NCBI GenBank assembly: GCA_002245135.1
Contig: NGBS01000889.1
Span: 1-64,000 of the forward strand
Reading direction: 5' to 3'
Length of the DNA: 64,000 bases
DNA from: Proteromonas lacertae
Taxonomy: Eukaryota
Shown: positions 27,001 through 40,659 of the stretch, piece after piece
Numbering within the stretch: position 1 is the first letter of the stretch
How the letters are laid out: each line of letters opens with the position of its first letter
Program-made: the position numbers and the translations under genes
The notes under the pieces: generated by a model
Seen by the model: only the letters and a program-made list of their open reading frames with translations
The model's database searches: none
What the model was told of the DNA's origin: nothing

Positions 27001-29875
27001 CAATAGATAGATATAAAATATACAAATAATATATTTCTATATGCAACTTCACCATACGCTTTATCCATCACTAATAACAATTTATCCCATTTATCTAAAT
27101 ATGGTGATAATAAATCCTGTTCAGCACTTGAGGAAGTTCCAAAGAAACATAACAAATGTGAATTATCAGCATAACGTGATGCTTTTTCAATTAAATTCTC
27201 AATATTATCATCATAACCTGTTGCTTCGATTATCACATTATATCCATTAATGCCTCCATTTTCATTGATTATATCTGCTGTTAATAATAAGGAATCTAAT
27301 TTCTGCATTCCAGCTTTAGTAGTATGATCAAATAGACTAGCAACAATATAATAATTTTGTAACTGTTTTCCTTTAACACTATCAGTAGACTTCCATGAGC
27401 AAGTATAAGCTTTATTTTTATAAACAGGGGTTGTTCTAACAATTATATCGTCATGAACTACAATAAAACTATCAGTATCATTAAACTGTATCAATCTTAC
27501 AATACCTTCACCATATCCACTAAAATATACGTTATAAGGTCCAGCTGCTGGATCATTAATCTGTAAATTGTATAAATACTCTTTGTAATGAGATGGATCT
27601 ATCGAACCACTCAACTCCATTGTTTGCTTAATTAATTGAAATAAATTATAAAATACTCCAACTTTATTTGTTAGAGGATAAGGTTCATTCAAATTTGATT
27701 CTAATGATTGTTTAAATTGTTTAAGAACTGATGAAGGTTCTGGATATTTATCATAAAAATGAGTTGCAAAAGTAACATTTGCAGCATATTTAATATCCAT
27801 TGATCTAATCATAAGTTCATTCAAATTGAATGATATAACATGAAAATCATTCTCATGTGTAAGGTTATGTCTTTGCAATGCTTGTAAAACTGGTATTTGA
27901 TATAAATCTTCAGCGGTTATTACTATTACACCTCCACTAGATGGAGTAATATTAAATACATCAATAGTAATATTCTGCATAAAATGATCTAAATAATCAT
28001 CATCAGTGGATATAAAATCTCTATAAATTAAATTGGAAGTATCATATCCAAACGCCATTAATCTTTCAATTAATAATTCTCTTGTATAATACCCATATTT
28101 ATACTTACTACCTAAAATCAATACTCTATCAAAACCTAAACTATTAATATATCTTACTGTTGGAATAATATAATTCAAATTAGTTGGTTTTCCCTATTAT
28201 CAATATATAATTATAATAATAATACATATATTACATTCCCTTGACAATCATCTCCTTCTACTGTTCCCATAAAGAAGAAAATGATATTATCATTACTTAT
28301 TTCTTTACTAATTTCCATTCTTTGTTCAGATGAACAAGATAAGAATATTGTATTGATTTGATATTGTTCACTTTTATCATTTATTGCTTCTATTGTTTCA
28401 GTTATATTTTCTGGATTTAACTCTATTATATAAGGCTGTATTGGTATTTTCATTATTCCACTCTATTTATATTAATAATAATAATAATAATAATAATATA
28501 CAGAAACATCATTATAATAATCACACATAAATATCAGAAAACTGGTCAATAATCTTTCTTCTTCATACAAATAACCATTGGTCAATGAATGTACAAAACC
28601 AATAGTAATAGAATTAATATTAACAACTCCAGTTTCAGACTTCAGAAAATTACAAGTCCATTCCTTCTTATCACTAATAATTTGAGATGGTTCAAAGTGT
28701 ATTGTCAATGGTAAAGTATATTTTAATTTCAATTTACCATCATTTTGTATTTCATATATATATTGAGTATGACTAATGTAATTATTACTCACTAACTCTA
28801 TTTCACCTCCTCCATATCCTGTTGGATTGTTATAAACTATGTTGAAAAATGAATCAGTATTTTCTAATGATGATTGAGTCATTGCTTGTGCAATTAATTG
28901 AATATTTCCCATTCTATTCAATAATAATATGCATTATAATATAATAAAATATACATATAAAGAGCTTCATAATCTGATTCAATATTTACTGTAGTTTTAT
29001 AATTATCTATGTATAATTTAGTGTAATTGTTTATCATTGTTTCATCATATCCTCTAAATATTAAATTACCTTCATTATTTGCAACATATAAACCACCTAA
29101 ATCTTTGATTTTCTCAATTGTTAATCCACCTTCTAAATATATTAACTTTGGAACATTTTTATTGTTAGTTTTTAACCCACTTATTTCATCTAATACATAC
29201 TTGATTGTTGTATCATCATCAATTGTTGTGAATATGGCAGCTTTTAAATTTGTATCTGAAATATTCTTTACATAATCTGTGATTTTATTACTCAAATCAT
29301 CATCATCATATAACATATTATAAGCATCTAATCCATAAAATTTACCAGCTGCCTTTAATCTAACAGCATAAAACTCATCTAATCCCTTATATTTATTATT
29401 ACCTAAAAAACCAATAACATCCACTTGATTAGATAATATATACATAACTAAAATAAAATATAATAAATAGATATATACATGAATGTATTTGAGGTATTAT
29501 ACTTGTGCCCATAATAAAGTGTTTTTCACATAAACCGATTGAATAGGTATTTAAACACCACATGTAGGACGAATTATTAACAAGAAATTCACGAGTATAA
29601 TTCAACACATAATTATCACAAAATCCAAATATAAGAGGAGTATTTGCCTTAAATGTGTCTCTGAAGCAAGTCTTAATAGCCTCTTCAGCGTCTGCGTCAG
29701 TAGCTTTATATTTACACTCCAGAACATCTACATCAGCTATTTCTGAAGTCTGATTTTTTAAATACAGATCTATCAGACTATATTTATTATGATCATCTGT
29801 AATTCCATCTCTTCCTAAAAATCCTATATTTATAGAAGCAACTAAAGGCCATATCATAAAATAAATTAAAAACAT
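18043..29875 (-). CDS. Giant class C (GABA-B-like 7TM) GPCR with nine tandem UrtA/AmiC-like periplasmic-binding (Venus flytrap) domains, about 3,840 aa
   Basis: Signal peptide MFLIYFMIWPLVAS; nine ~390-aa repeats with type I PBP motifs (VIGIILPMTG, DEINANGGVLGREL, FFPTDYEGEEC); 7TM with IIKSSSPIFL, CAFRVW, KAWRIHKLF and EFNES. Eight introns at about 29448-29478, 28914-28954, 28463-28501, 28194-28225, 26985-27023, 26197-26236, 25963-26007 and 24520-24552, plus one frameshift near 26690. Confidence 0.88.
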
Positions 29876-29990
29876 CTTTATAACGACATGAAACGCATAA
29901 ATTTTTTATTTTTCTTTTTTCATAAAGAAAACAGACAAAACAAATGCAATAATAAAAAAACAAATTTATTTTCTTCATTTTTTAATTTAG

Positions 29991-31603
29991 TTACTGAATG
30001 AAACAACTGTTTTGATTCTCTGGATTGTGTCTGCCTGATACTGTTACTGGAGCAGCATTAATACCTCTTCTGTTTAATAAACATCTGAACCACATTAATC
30101 TCAATTTAGCAGATTCAATATCTTTTAAATCTTCATCTTTTGACCACATTCTTTCACCTGCAGCTGCTGCTCTTGGCCATACAGTATTGAACCAATCAGA
30201 AACATCTACAGTTTCAGCCCACATGCATACTTCACCACCTAAAATATTTTCTTTGTATTGTCCATCAATACCTTCATCTAATTTATTGTTATAGAATGTT
30301 TCCCATTTAGTATCAAGATAATCTAAATACCACATTCTATAATTAGATAAGATTCCTCTATATCCAGATTCTACAACTTTCTTTAAGTTCTCTTTATTCA
30401 ACCAAATATGAATAATTGTTCTCTTATCTAATTTAGTACCAAAAGCATTCCACACTTCTTCCCAATTCACTGGATTACGATTTTGATTTAAAACTATTTG
30501 ACCAGCTTTGTTTACAATATAATGATAACCTTCTAAATTATTCATTCCATGTTCTTTTAACCAGTTAGCAATTCTTTCAACTTTGCTCCAACAAGCTGTA
30601 TCTACTTCATCACCACCTAAATGGAAGAAATTATCTGGGAATAAACCAGCAGCATGTTTTCTTCCAGTCATTTCACTAAACATACTATCTAAGAATTCAT
30701 AAGTTTCATTCTTTGATAAATCTAATGGATTTGGACAATCTTCAGATGGACATATTTCTGGAATACCTTTACACCAACTAGTACTATGACCAGGAACATC
30801 AAATTCTGGCATTACTCTTACACCTCTCTTTCTAGCATATTCTACTATTTCTTTTACATCAGCTTGTGTGTATTTTTCATATTCAGTATAAGCACCTTTC
30901 CAGAAATTTGGATAGTTCTTGGATTGAATTGGTTGACTTTGATCATCACTGATATGCCAATGTAATACATTGAACTTAGAGAATGTTAATGAATCAATAA
31001 TCTTTCTAATGCTTTTTGTTGATAAATAATGACGAGATGTATCCATTAAAATACCACGATGAGAATAACTTGGAGCATCTTCAATCTTATATGGAGCTTT
31101 TTTGATAAGGTATGTTCTTTCTGAATAATCATAAACAACAATTTGTGATAGTGTCTCTAAACCATGATAAGCACCATAAACAGTTTTTGCTTTAATAGTA
31201 GCAGCATTTCCGTCAGCTGGGATGGTCAATTCGTAAGATTCATCTACACCAATTTGTAATTCAGCATCAAGGTCTTCAACACTGATATCTACTCCAGCTA
31301 AATATACTCCATTCTTTGTTTTTGGAGCTGTATGTGGGAATATTAAATTGTAATATCTATAAAAACATATAACCTAGAATTAAAATACCTTACTACAGCA
31401 TCTGTTAAATCTTGATGGGGAGTGATTATGTTGAATTTAAAACTGTCACGATTCACTAAAATAGTCTTATCACCAGTTGTTAATGATTTAGGTTGTGGCC
31501 AAATATGGACATCAAGCTCGGATGCTGGATATCTTGGATCTTTAAGTTGGCCTGCAAGTGTTGTAGCTAAGAACAATAATGTTAAAGCAAGAGTAGCTTT
31601 CAT
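29991..31603 (-). CDS. Secreted beta-N-acetylhexosaminidase, glycoside hydrolase family 20
   Basis: HRGILMDTSRHY, KFNVLHWH, PEFDVPGH, catalytic FHLGGDEV, GGEVCMWAE and WPRAAAAGERMW; signal peptide MKATLALTLLFLATTLA; one intron at about 31357-31388. Confidence 0.95.
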
Positions 31604-31776
31604 TTTAGAAAAATGGAACACAATTCAAATGATGTTTAGTTAAAAAACAGTCATTGATAATCAAGAAATTCTAGATGAATAGTTATTTTGAGTATTTGAT
31701 TATCAAAGCCATTTTAATAACTGAACTAAACATATAATAACTTAACATTTCTTTATTGGTGTTCCATTTCTTAAAT
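31604..31776. promoter_or_regulatory. 173-bp bidirectional promoter with inverted-repeat symmetry
   Basis: TTGATTATCAA, AACTAAACAT and GTGTTCCATTT occur in the same order upstream of both divergent ATGs. Confidence 0.7.
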
Positions 31777-33381
31777 ATGAATAAAGCAATTGTTGCTCTT
31801 TTCTGCATCTTGTCAATTTGCAGTGCTAAGAGTATATAGTTTTCTAATTTATCATTAGATTTAAAATATCCTGCGTCTGATCTTGATGTTCACATTTGGC
31901 CTCAACCAAAACAGATATCAACAGGTGAAACAACATTAGTCGTCGATAAAAACTCATTCAAATTTGAAGCTCTCACTAAGTCAGCTGATTTAGAAAAAGC
32001 TTTCGAAAGATATCAATATATCATATTTGATCATCAAGTTCCAGATGTAAACAGAAGAGCAGCTGTAGTACTCGACAAAATCACCGTAACTGTTGATGAT
32101 CTTAAAGCTGAATTACAATTAGGTTTTGATGAGTCTTACAACTTAACAATCCCAAATGATGGTAGTGCTGGTAGTATTCATGCTAAAACTGTCTATGGTG
32201 CTTACCGTGCTATTGAAACATTCTCACAAATGGTAGTCTATTCCTTCAACGATGAAAAATACATCATTAAAGCTGCTCCATACCATATCTATGATGAACC
32301 AACCTTCAAACATCGAGGTATTTTATTAGATACAGCTCGTCACTTTGAATCAGTTCCAACCATTAAGAAATTCTTAGATGCTATGTCCTATGCTAAATTA
32401 AACGTATTACATTGGCATATTGTTGATGATGAAGCTTGTCCAATTGAATCAGAAGTATATCCAACCTATTTCTATGGTGCTTACACTGAATATGAAAGAT
32501 ACTCAACTTGGGATGTTAAAGAAATAGTAGAATATGCAAGATTAAGAGGTATTAGAGTTATTCCAGAATTTGATGTTCCTGGTCATGCTAGATCATGGTG
32601 TAAAGGTTTACCTGATATTTGTCCATCCACTGAATGTTTAACTCCATTAGATGTATCAAAGAATGAAACATTTGAATTCTTACAAAAGTTCTTCGGTGAA
32701 TTTACAGGTGGTGTAAGACGTTCTGGTTTATTCCCAGATGATTTCTTCCATTTAGGTGGTGATGAAGTAGATACAGGATGTTGGAGCAAAGTTGAAAGAA
32801 TTGCTAACTGGATTAAACAACAAGGTTGGAGTAATGATGATGCTTATCATTATTTCGTTAATAAAGCTGCTAATATTGTAATGGATCAAGGTAGAAATCC
32901 AGTAAATTGGGATGATGTATGGGAAACATTTGGTACTAAATTAGATAAGAGAACAGTCATTCAAGTATGGTTAAATCATAAGAATGTTGGTGCTGTTGCT
33001 AATAATGGTTATAAAGTGATTGTAAGTAACAACGATGTATGGTATTTAGATCATGAAGCTACAACATGGGAATCTGTTTATCAAAATGATTTATATCAAG
33101 GTGTTAATAAAGAAAACTACCAAAATGTATTAGGTGGTGAAGTTGCTATGTGGAGTGAAAGAATTGATATTTCTGATTTATTCAGCACTGTTTGGCCAAG
33201 AACTGCTGCTGCTGCTGAAAGAATGTGGTCAAAACCAGAAGATTTAACTAACATTGACTCTGCAAAGAATAGATTATTATGGTTCAGATGTTTATTAGAT
33301 AGAAGAGAGATTAATGCTGCTCCAGTTGAAAAAGGTGGAAGACCAGCACCACCAGAACCAGGTAGTTGTTTCGCTCAATAA
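31777..33381 (+). CDS. Secreted beta-N-acetylhexosaminidase GH20, paralog 2
   Basis: Signal peptide MNKAIVALFCILSICSA, intron at about 31832-31858, then HRGILLDTARHF, FHLGGDEV and GGEVAMWSE. Confidence 0.95.
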
Positions 33382-33499
33382 ATAACTAATTTGTTTTTAT
33401 ATTATTTTCATTCTTTTTGTTGTAGAAAACAAATAAAAAATATGATGGTTTATCGAAAATATTTTGCATAACCCAGATATTTGAATTTGAAAATTAAAA

Positions 33500-36417
33500 A
33501 TGTCTGTACATGAAGAATTAGATGTTTCTCAAACTGAAACTAGTTTCGATGAAAGTTCTTCATTATCATCAATAGATACACCATCAAGACCGCTCTCTAC
33601 TTTTTCAAATGATCCACAAAAAGAGAATGGACTTGAAGATCGAGATAAACAATTCAAAAAATCAATAAACAAGCTAAATAAAATATATAAAACTACAGAA
33701 TTCTCTGTTGGCAAGATGCTTGATGTATTTATTGCTATTTAGTGTTATAATGTTAGGCACTTAAAAGATCAGAAAGAGAGAAAATATCTTTAGAGAAGAA
33801 TCATGAATATCATCAGAAAATATTAGAATCAGTTGAAAAACTCAATACTAACTTAGTAAATAATCTTACTAAACCAATAGAAAAGACTCAAATAATGCAT
33901 GTATCACAACCATATGAAGAAACAAAGAAGAAACATTCAAATGCTGATTATACTTATGAATCTGCAACTCAAACAACACCAGAGAAAAATAATACAATAA
34001 CTCAAACATCTTCAATATCCTCAGCATCTATATCAAGTAAAAAATCATCTCCAGCACAGTCAGTAAAATCTGCTGACGTAAATACTACACCTCCTTTGAT
34101 GTTAGATAATAAGGCTAATAATTCTGATCCTTATTATCATATTATATCACCAAATCCATTAACTAAGAGCCAATTACTAACAGTTCCTGTAAATAATATA
34201 AATAATAATAATCAACAATTAAAACAACAACAACAACAACAACAACAACAATTGTCAAATCAAGAACAATATTCACAGCCTTTACCACTACAACAACAAC
34301 ATTTATCACAATCACAACAACAACAACAACAACAACAGCCATCAATGCAACAGCAAATGGATAATTCAATACCTCAGCCAATATTAAACCAAACACCACC
34401 ACCACCACAAACATCTCCTATATATTCACAACCACATCTACCTCAATCACAACCTCAATATATATCACCTAATCAACAACAACAACAACAACAACCATTA
34501 TATCCACCAAATTATTACTATTATAATCCTTCACCACCTCCACCATCATTATATAATAATAATAATCATTCTAATACTCCTTTATATGATAATGATAATC
34601 TTCAATTCTCTAGTATTCCACCTAATTCACAGCACTTCATATCATCCAATCAAAAATCACAATCAAATCCAATTAATAACAATAACAACAATAAGCAATA
34701 TAGAACTCCATCTCCAATACCAATATATCCTAATAATATAGTTTCTAATGCTAATACACCACCATCAATAGAATCTCCAATACAGCAACCACAACAATCA
34801 CAATCACAATCACAACAGAATATTGAAGAAGTAATGGAATCATTATTGCAATCACTTAAAGGAAATAAACTATCAACACAACAATATTCATATAAACGAT
34901 ATAATACTAGCAACAGTGGTAATAATGATAGTAGGAAAAGCAGTAGCCATAGTAGTAATAACAATAGTGACAATGATGAGAACAATATAAACATCAATAA
35001 TACTACAGATAGTCATCATTATTATAATAAACCTCAATTAGAAAAGAGTATAAGTAGTTCATTTGATAATATATACAAAACAAAACTAACTGAATTTAAA
35101 CAGACATTAGATAATGAAAAGAATACTGCATTGGATGAAATACTTAATGAAATACACAACCTACCATTAGCACCTTATAAACCATCAGATAATAATAGCA
35201 ATAATGATAATACACAAGATACTCATAAAGATTCTACACTACAGGAAATATTAAAAAAGAAAAAAAAAGAAGAACAACAACAAGATGTTATAAGTAATAA
35301 TAAACAAAAAGAGATATTATTAAAAAATAAAGAAAAAATAATTAAAGAAATATATGAAGAAAATGAAAAAGACTTTGATAATATGTATCATAGTATATCA
35401 TCTCAACTATTAGATGGAATTGATAGAAATATTGATAAAGTGAGGGAAGAAATGAAATCAACACATTTATATAATATAGAAAAACTAACACGAGAATTGG
35501 TAAAAGAAAAAGAAATAAAATGTAAAGAAGAAAAAGAAAAATTAGAAAAATATTATGAAATGGAATTAAACAAACATTTAAGTGAAATAGAAAAATCATA
35601 TGATAAAGAAATAAATGATAGTTTAGAGCAAATAAGGAAGAAATATGAATGTGATTTAGCAAGAGAAGAAGGTAAAATAAGAGATGAAATAAAGCAGAAA
35701 CAATTAAAAGTAGAAGCAAATCTAAGAGAAGAATTAGAATGTAATTATGTAAATGATAGAAGAAATATAATAATGAGAATTGAAAAAGAATCACAGAACG
35801 AACTATGGGAATTAAGAGAAGAATTAAAAAGGAAATATGATTTAGAATATGAAGAAGAGAAAGATAAAATCAACAAAGAAAATATAACTATAATAAATCA
35901 AGAAAAAATGAAATATGAAGAAGAAATATCATTGAAGTTAAGAAGTGAGAAAGAAAGGCTATTAATTGAAAGAGAGAATATATTAAATGAATACAAAGAA
36001 AGTTTATCAATAGAATTGGATAATGAAATCAATAAAATGATTGAAGAAGAAAAGAATAATGAAATTGAATATAAAAACCAAATAAATATAACATTCAATA
36101 AACATCGAAGTGAAATAATGAAATATTTAAAGAGCATTCAAAACATTCAAGTGGATAATGAAAATGAAAATGAAAACATTGAGAATCGCTATAAAGAAAT
36201 GAAAGTAGAAGATATAATAGAGATTATAAAACAAATGACAATAAATTATCATAAATTAGAGAATAAATATTTAATGCTAGTAGATAAATTAGGTAAGATT
36301 ACTAAAGAGAAATTATTGAATTGCAAACTGAACTTAAAGAATTGTGAGAGTTGTAAGAGATTAACAATATTGAATAAACATTTAATAGAGAAAATTAATA
36401 CATATGAGAAATCATAA
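33500..36417 (+). CDS. Large protein with Q/P/N-rich disordered region and long C-terminal coiled coil
   Basis: ORFs 33500-33742 and 33895-36417 are joined via an intron at about 33725-33756; poly-Q/N tracts then E/K heptad-rich region. Confidence 0.7.
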
Positions 36418-36551
36418 TATTTAATTAAATTATTTGTTAGTAACTGTTGCTTAAAAAAGAAATAAAATTAAAAAATGCAAAATAAATTATCAAACTAAGT
36501 TTGTCAGTTTTTTTATTCGTTTTTAAAGTTTTAGAGGGATTAAAGCAATAA

Positions 36552-39500
36552 ATGGATGATAGTCCTGATAAAACTATAACACAGAATCTATACATAAAAG
36601 AAGTATGAAATTATTATCGATTATACTGTTAATAGAAACAATGTCGTGAACAGTTTAAATATTTGAAAAAGAGACTTGAAAATATGAGAAAAGAATATGT
36701 TTACTTAAAAGATGAACCAATAGTTGTACGTGCAATTCAAAGAGCAGTTCATACGTTCAAAGTAGTTAGAGAAACTAGAGGATATGAATTTATTGAATTA
36801 GTGCATCAATTTAATAAAGAATTAGATACTTTATCAACATTAGTATCACAGGTTTTACATGAAAGAGAATTAAAAGCAGAAGTTAATAGATTAGAAGCTT
36901 TTGAAGCTCGTAGATTTGACGGAATAATTAATGCGATGAGATACAAAAGACCACAGTACATAGCTCTTCCTACACCTTCACAAACACAAACATTGCCTCG
37001 TGTATCAAAATCAGCACCAACTGCTTCATATCCACCACCTTCTATAAATCATGTATTAACTCAATCACCATTTATGGGTAGTTTCGTTGATGCAGTTAAT
37101 TCAGCATTTGTAACTACATTAGATAGTGAAACATCTCCAGTACCATCATCACCAGATGTAATGCAACAAAATATATCATCCCCAAGAGGTGAAGAGAATA
37201 AAGAACCAAATCATATGAATTTAACTCAACAATTAGATATATCAACTGCAGAAATACTTCCAGAGAAAGAGAAAGGTCCAGAAGAAAAAATAGACAAAGA
37301 AAAAATACAAAAATACAATGAAGAATTAAACCAGAAATTAGAATCAGATATTCATGACTATCATGAACAAATAATCATAATGAAAAATGAAATACAAAAT
37401 GAAAGAGAAGAAGAAGCTGCCTATCTACGAGCTCAAGAAGAAAAGAGAATATTCTCATTATCCAAATGGACTGATTTTACTAGAGGGATGTTGAGAATAT
37501 TGAGAAAAATGAAATTTGATGAAGCAACTTATAAGATTAAGATAGAAAATGCAGTAGAAAATTGCCTTAAAAAGCAATTAAGAGCTAGAGAAAAACGTGA
37601 TTTATTTATACAATCAATAATTAATGACATTATTGAGAAAGTAGGAAATGAATGTGCGAGAAGAGAAATGTTTCAAATGGAGAAGAATGAAATATATGAA
37701 AATAGTAAATATGAACCATTACAACAGAGATATATTGTATTATATATATTTTTATATATATATTTATATATTCAAATAGATATCTGATATAAGGAATAAT
37801 CATTTAAATAATCCAATATCTGAGAATACAAGATGGATTGGCATATTATGTTGTGGTTGTTGTGTTGAAGATCCTGTAGAATATTCAAGATTAATAATAG
37901 CTATGATTAAACAACAGGAAAATGAAGCAAATTATAATAATAACAATAACAATAATATGTATATATTTATTATATTCATATTTATATAGTCAATTGAAGT
38001 TTAATATATTTCATGTTCATTATGATGATTTGCCTACAAGAGCTGAATCTTATTTATATCATACATTTATATTAAGTTGTAGTCCTTTAGTTGAAATGGA
38101 AGGTTATTGGATTAAAGATTTAAAAGACTTTATTAATTATCAACTTAAATTAAACCATAGTATTATTAGTTTAGGAATGACAAGTTGTTTATTGAAATAT
38201 ATATTAGAAGATAGAGAATATGATAATACAACTCAGAGATTATATGGTCCAGTTGGTGTATCTTATCATTCTGATTATTTAAATCCAAGAATTGATTATA
38301 CTGAGTTAGATACTAGTATATTGAATGATGTATATATATATTTAAATTTGTTATTATTATTATTATATATTTATAGTATGTTATTCTACATTGTTCAAGT
38401 ATTGTATTAGAACCAGATGATTCTGTAGCAATTGATAAACAATCAAGAACATTACATTCTAGTGGATATAGAGTAGGAAATAATATAATATCCTTATATT
38501 CATCACCAGAATTATTACCAATTACATTTGAAGCATTTTGTACAGAGTTAATGAATAGAAAAATGATGGATCCAAGTGAATATTCAGTAATAAAAATGAG
38601 AATAAATAATATATCTTATAAAAAGTTAGTGGAACATAAGAATATAGTTTGTAGAGATATTTATGATTGGATTATTGGATTTGAAGCGAATTATGAACTA
38701 CTATCATTTGGACCATTATTACCACAGATATTTTCAATTAAAGGAAGTAGATCTCTTGTTCAATGTACAGAAGATGCAATTAAAGAAGCAATTGAACAGT
38801 TATGTGATACAATAATTATACCATTAGTATTCACTAAAGATGCTAATCCAATTAACTTGTGGAATTATCAATTGAAAGAAATAACAGATGTTTCTGAAAT
38901 TACTGAGTTATGTCAAATATATGTAGAAAAGGGAGATGGAGATGTTGTATATTTAATCATTTATTATTATTGTTATATAGTTATATCCATCACATCTATT
39001 TTCGACAGAACAATTGAAGTTAATGAGATTAGCACTTCCATATATCCCAAGAAAGACTATTTATAGATTACTTACATTGAAAGAAACTGTAGAATCAATA
39101 GAAAGATTATCTGAAGAATATGCTAAAGATACTTCCTCTATATGTTTGATATTAGATTATTTAGGTGATAATCCAATATCATTAGTTGTTTCACAAATTA
39201 AGAATGATTTATATAAATGCAATAAACAAGTAATATTACAGACAAAACATAGATATATATTGGAATATATTCACAAGTATATATTTTTCTTTATAATATA
39301 TTATTATATAATAGAGAATGTCCAAATTGGTTATTATTTTATGATATATCTGAGATTGATATTAAATCAGTAGAATTATTGCCATTCTTTAGTGATGTTA
39401 CTTCATTTGCTGATGGTGTGTATATGAATAAACATCAAATATTTGTTGAACCACATGATATTGAATTTGCTGATAGATTAATCAATACAATTAATAGTTT

Positions 39501-40546
39501 TGCCTTGTATTATGGTTGTGGTGATTTTATTAGTAATGTAAAATGTGTTAGTTTATGTATTTGTTTTTATTTTATTATTTTATTTAGATTATGATGATTC
39601 TCCAATGAAAGAATATAGTGCTTATTGTAGATATAATCCTGATTTTGTAGTATCTTATTATCCAAGACACGCATTTAGTGCAAGAAAGCAATGGATTGAA
39701 AGTCATGGAGATGAAAGTCTATTTGAAGTACCAATGAAAAACTTGTTAGAATTCTCATTAAAACAGTCAATAGCTAAAGTCAACTCAAACCCTTTTATTA
39801 AAATTGTAAATCCTGATTTTAAAGATGAACCGCAATCTCCATCCTTAGATAAGACTAAGAAAAAGAAGAAGAAATTTGATCATGTTGGTAAGTATATTAC
39901 AGTAAAAGAGATAAAAACACCTACATTTTTAAACAGTGAAACTTTAAGAAAGAATTCTATCGAAGTTCATAGGGATGCTGATTTCTTCTATGAATTGAAT
40001 GTATATATATTTTTTAATATTTTAATTATAATAGCATAATTTAAGTCTTTATCAAAAGAACAAATCCAAAAAACCTTATAGAAGAATCAAATCTGTTTCT
40101 CCATCTGTTTTATATGATTCTGTTAGTCCGTATTATTACTATATTATTATTATTATTGTAATAGTCAGTCTACTAATTCACCATCAAATCCAGTATCACT
40201 TTCACAAAGTCCAGCATTTGAAATGAAGAATACTAGACCTTTAAGTAGAACAACAGCATCTAGTGAAGATAGAGATGTAGATAGATGTAAATCTGATGCT
40301 GAAGTACTATATCATTGTCCTTCTATTGTGTCTCAGATATATAGTAATATAAACAATACACAGTTAGCATTAAATAAATTAACTCTTCATGGAAGGTCAA
40401 AAAGTACCACACCTTATCAAAATCCAGTTACAACTTTACCTAAACTTACTAAACATGATGATTCGAATAATTTCTCAATAAAAACGAAATATAGCAGAAC
40501 AACAGATTTTCAAACAGAAGGTGAATATAACCCATGGATACAGTAA
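36552..40546 (+). CDS. Large multi-exon hypothetical protein with coiled-coil N-terminus
   Basis: Chain of plus-strand ORFs, each ending in GTAT... intron sequence and resuming after TAG; no family recognised. Confidence 0.6.
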
Positions 40547-40659
40547 TTTTAATAAAGTTATTTATTTATTTATGTTGTATGTGTGATGAAAAGAAAGAAA
40601 ATAATTCAAATTAGTTTGATTCTGTTCAAGCTTTTTTCGTTTTTTTATTTATTCATCAT

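Noticed and set aside
18043..29875. Bacterial contamination or an ABC-transporter operon
   Set aside because: The binding domains are interrupted by spliceosomal introns, share the host AT bias and are fused to a eukaryotic 7TM.
38551..38720. Dynein stalk-like motif in the 36552-40546 gene
   Set aside because: Resemblance is limited to a CxxIYDWI pattern, with no AAA or P-loop motifs; too weak to call.
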